A DNA stretch of 64,000 bases, taken from the NCBI GenBank assembly GCA_013239625.1, contig MU054204.1, positions 1,115,537-1,179,536 of the forward strand. Direction: 5' to 3'. Numbering within the stretch: the first letter of the stretch is position 1; each line of letters opens with the position of its first letter. Shown here in pieces: positions 62,757 through 64,000 of this stretch. The notes under the pieces were generated by a model. That model searched no databases. It was not told the origin of the DNA and was given only the letters and a program-made list of their open reading frames with translations. Made by a program: the position numbers and the translations under genes. Source of the DNA: Lama guanicoe. Its lineage: Eukaryota.

Positions 62757-63588
62757 TTTATTGAGAGAATTTGAACAGGTACATTTCCAACACAATAACA
62801 GCCTACATGGTTACAGCTTGTCTTCGTTTAAACCTGTGGTTTCCCTTCACCTGTAAGATAACATAACATTTGGATATATTAGTTAAAATTTTATTTAGAT
62901 GGCACTAAAGCATACAGAGGACACCACAGTTTCAGTTTTATAACATGGACTAAAACCAGAACCCTAAGGGTGACCCTTGGCTTATATCCAGTTAAACCTC
63001 TGCAGAGACTCTGAAGGTAGACTTTCAGACACATTAACAATATTTGCTAAACACATCACTCTTTCTAGTGGTACAGAGAAACAAGTCGACTGTTCAACTT
63101 CAGAACTCACTAAACCCAACGCTTCTATTCCGAAGTAGTTTTAAGTGGAAAGCAACATTTTTTATACTTTTAGTAAAAATCAAAACAAATGAAACACCTA
63201 GGAAACAGAAGGAATTTTTAAAATTTCCTATAAATGCGTTGACTTGAATAACATTCTGAATATAGGATATCTAAAACAGTAACATCACACTTAGAATTGC
63301 TTAAATGAAATAAATAGAAAAGGCTAGTATTGCATTTGTTTCGGCTCCGTCTGTGGAAAAGTGCAAAACTGTTTCTAGGAGCTAGCGTAAGTCACCCTTA
63401 TGTGGTAGTAGGTTCACCATTTGTCCCTGTTTTCATCCATACTCCCGCTGTAATTATGAACGGTGGCTCTTTACATTCTTAAAAGCACTCCAGTTTGTAT
63501 AATGTATGAAATAGTTATACTAGTTTTAAGTCAGTACCATCAAAGGTAACATCAAATTGTGAAGGAAAATAGTACCGTTTCTCACAGC
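62757..63588 (-). other. Probable terminal exon and 3'UTR of an unidentified gene entering from the right
   Basis: Strong acceptor tttcccttttttcaccccactttctgtctttgttccag at 63589; apparently TE-free AT-rich sequence; AATAAA on the - strand at 62890-62895 and 62757-62762. Confidence 0.5.
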
Positions 63589-64000
63589 CTGGAACAAAGA
63601 CAGAAAGTGGGGTGAAAAAAGGGAAACACCTAGAAAGCCATATGTACACAGAGAAAGGTAAAGAGAGACAGATAATATACTCCACATCTGTTTGCGTCTT
63701 TTTCGTGTTTCTTATTAGGTATACTTGGCCTTCTGTCTATTCTCTGCAAGATTCTTTAAACTAGTGGATCTTCTACTCACAAATATTTTCTAAAAGAGCA
63801 AGCTCTTTGATTTATTGATTACTTGGATTATTTTTCCTTTTCCTAATGCTCACACCTGTCTTTTCTTAAGACTCTCTTTCCTTTTCCCTTAGGTCTACAC
63901 TTTTTTGACCTTTGATGATTTTTTATATTGGATGCACATGTAATTTATAATCTTTTCCTTTTTTAATACCATATGTATTGAAAGCTATGATCTTCCCATG

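Overview
Mammalian genomic DNA, most likely camelid: it carries eight tRNA-Ala-derived vic-1-type SINEs and young artiodactyl-type L1 3' ends. Most of the window is transposable-element debris: old and young L1s, about 15 solo ERV LTRs (often nested), MaLR/ERVL LTRs, MIR/L2, and hAT and TcMar MITEs. It also holds two decayed proviral bodies, an ERV1-class pol/env (~22.3-28.1 kb, +) and an ERVL pro/pol (~44.7-47.2 kb, -). I recognise no intact protein-coding gene; the longer ORFs in the track mostly fall in TEs and the rest are unrecognised. Four non-TE signals stand out. (1) A ~4 kb, ancient, highly diverged tandem array of a ~75-bp dimeric unit at 5.9-9.9 kb, interrupted by an old ERVL LTR. 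(2) A CpG-rich promoter at ~50.1-50.7 kb with three CCAAT boxes, an NRF1-like site, a GC box, a CHR-like hexamer and splice donors on both strands, but no recognisable ORF. (3) A chain of candidate minus-strand exons to its left. (4) A probable terminal exon and 3'UTR of an unidentified minus-strand gene at ~62.8-63.6 kb. Repeat family names come from recalled consensus sequences, not from a database search.
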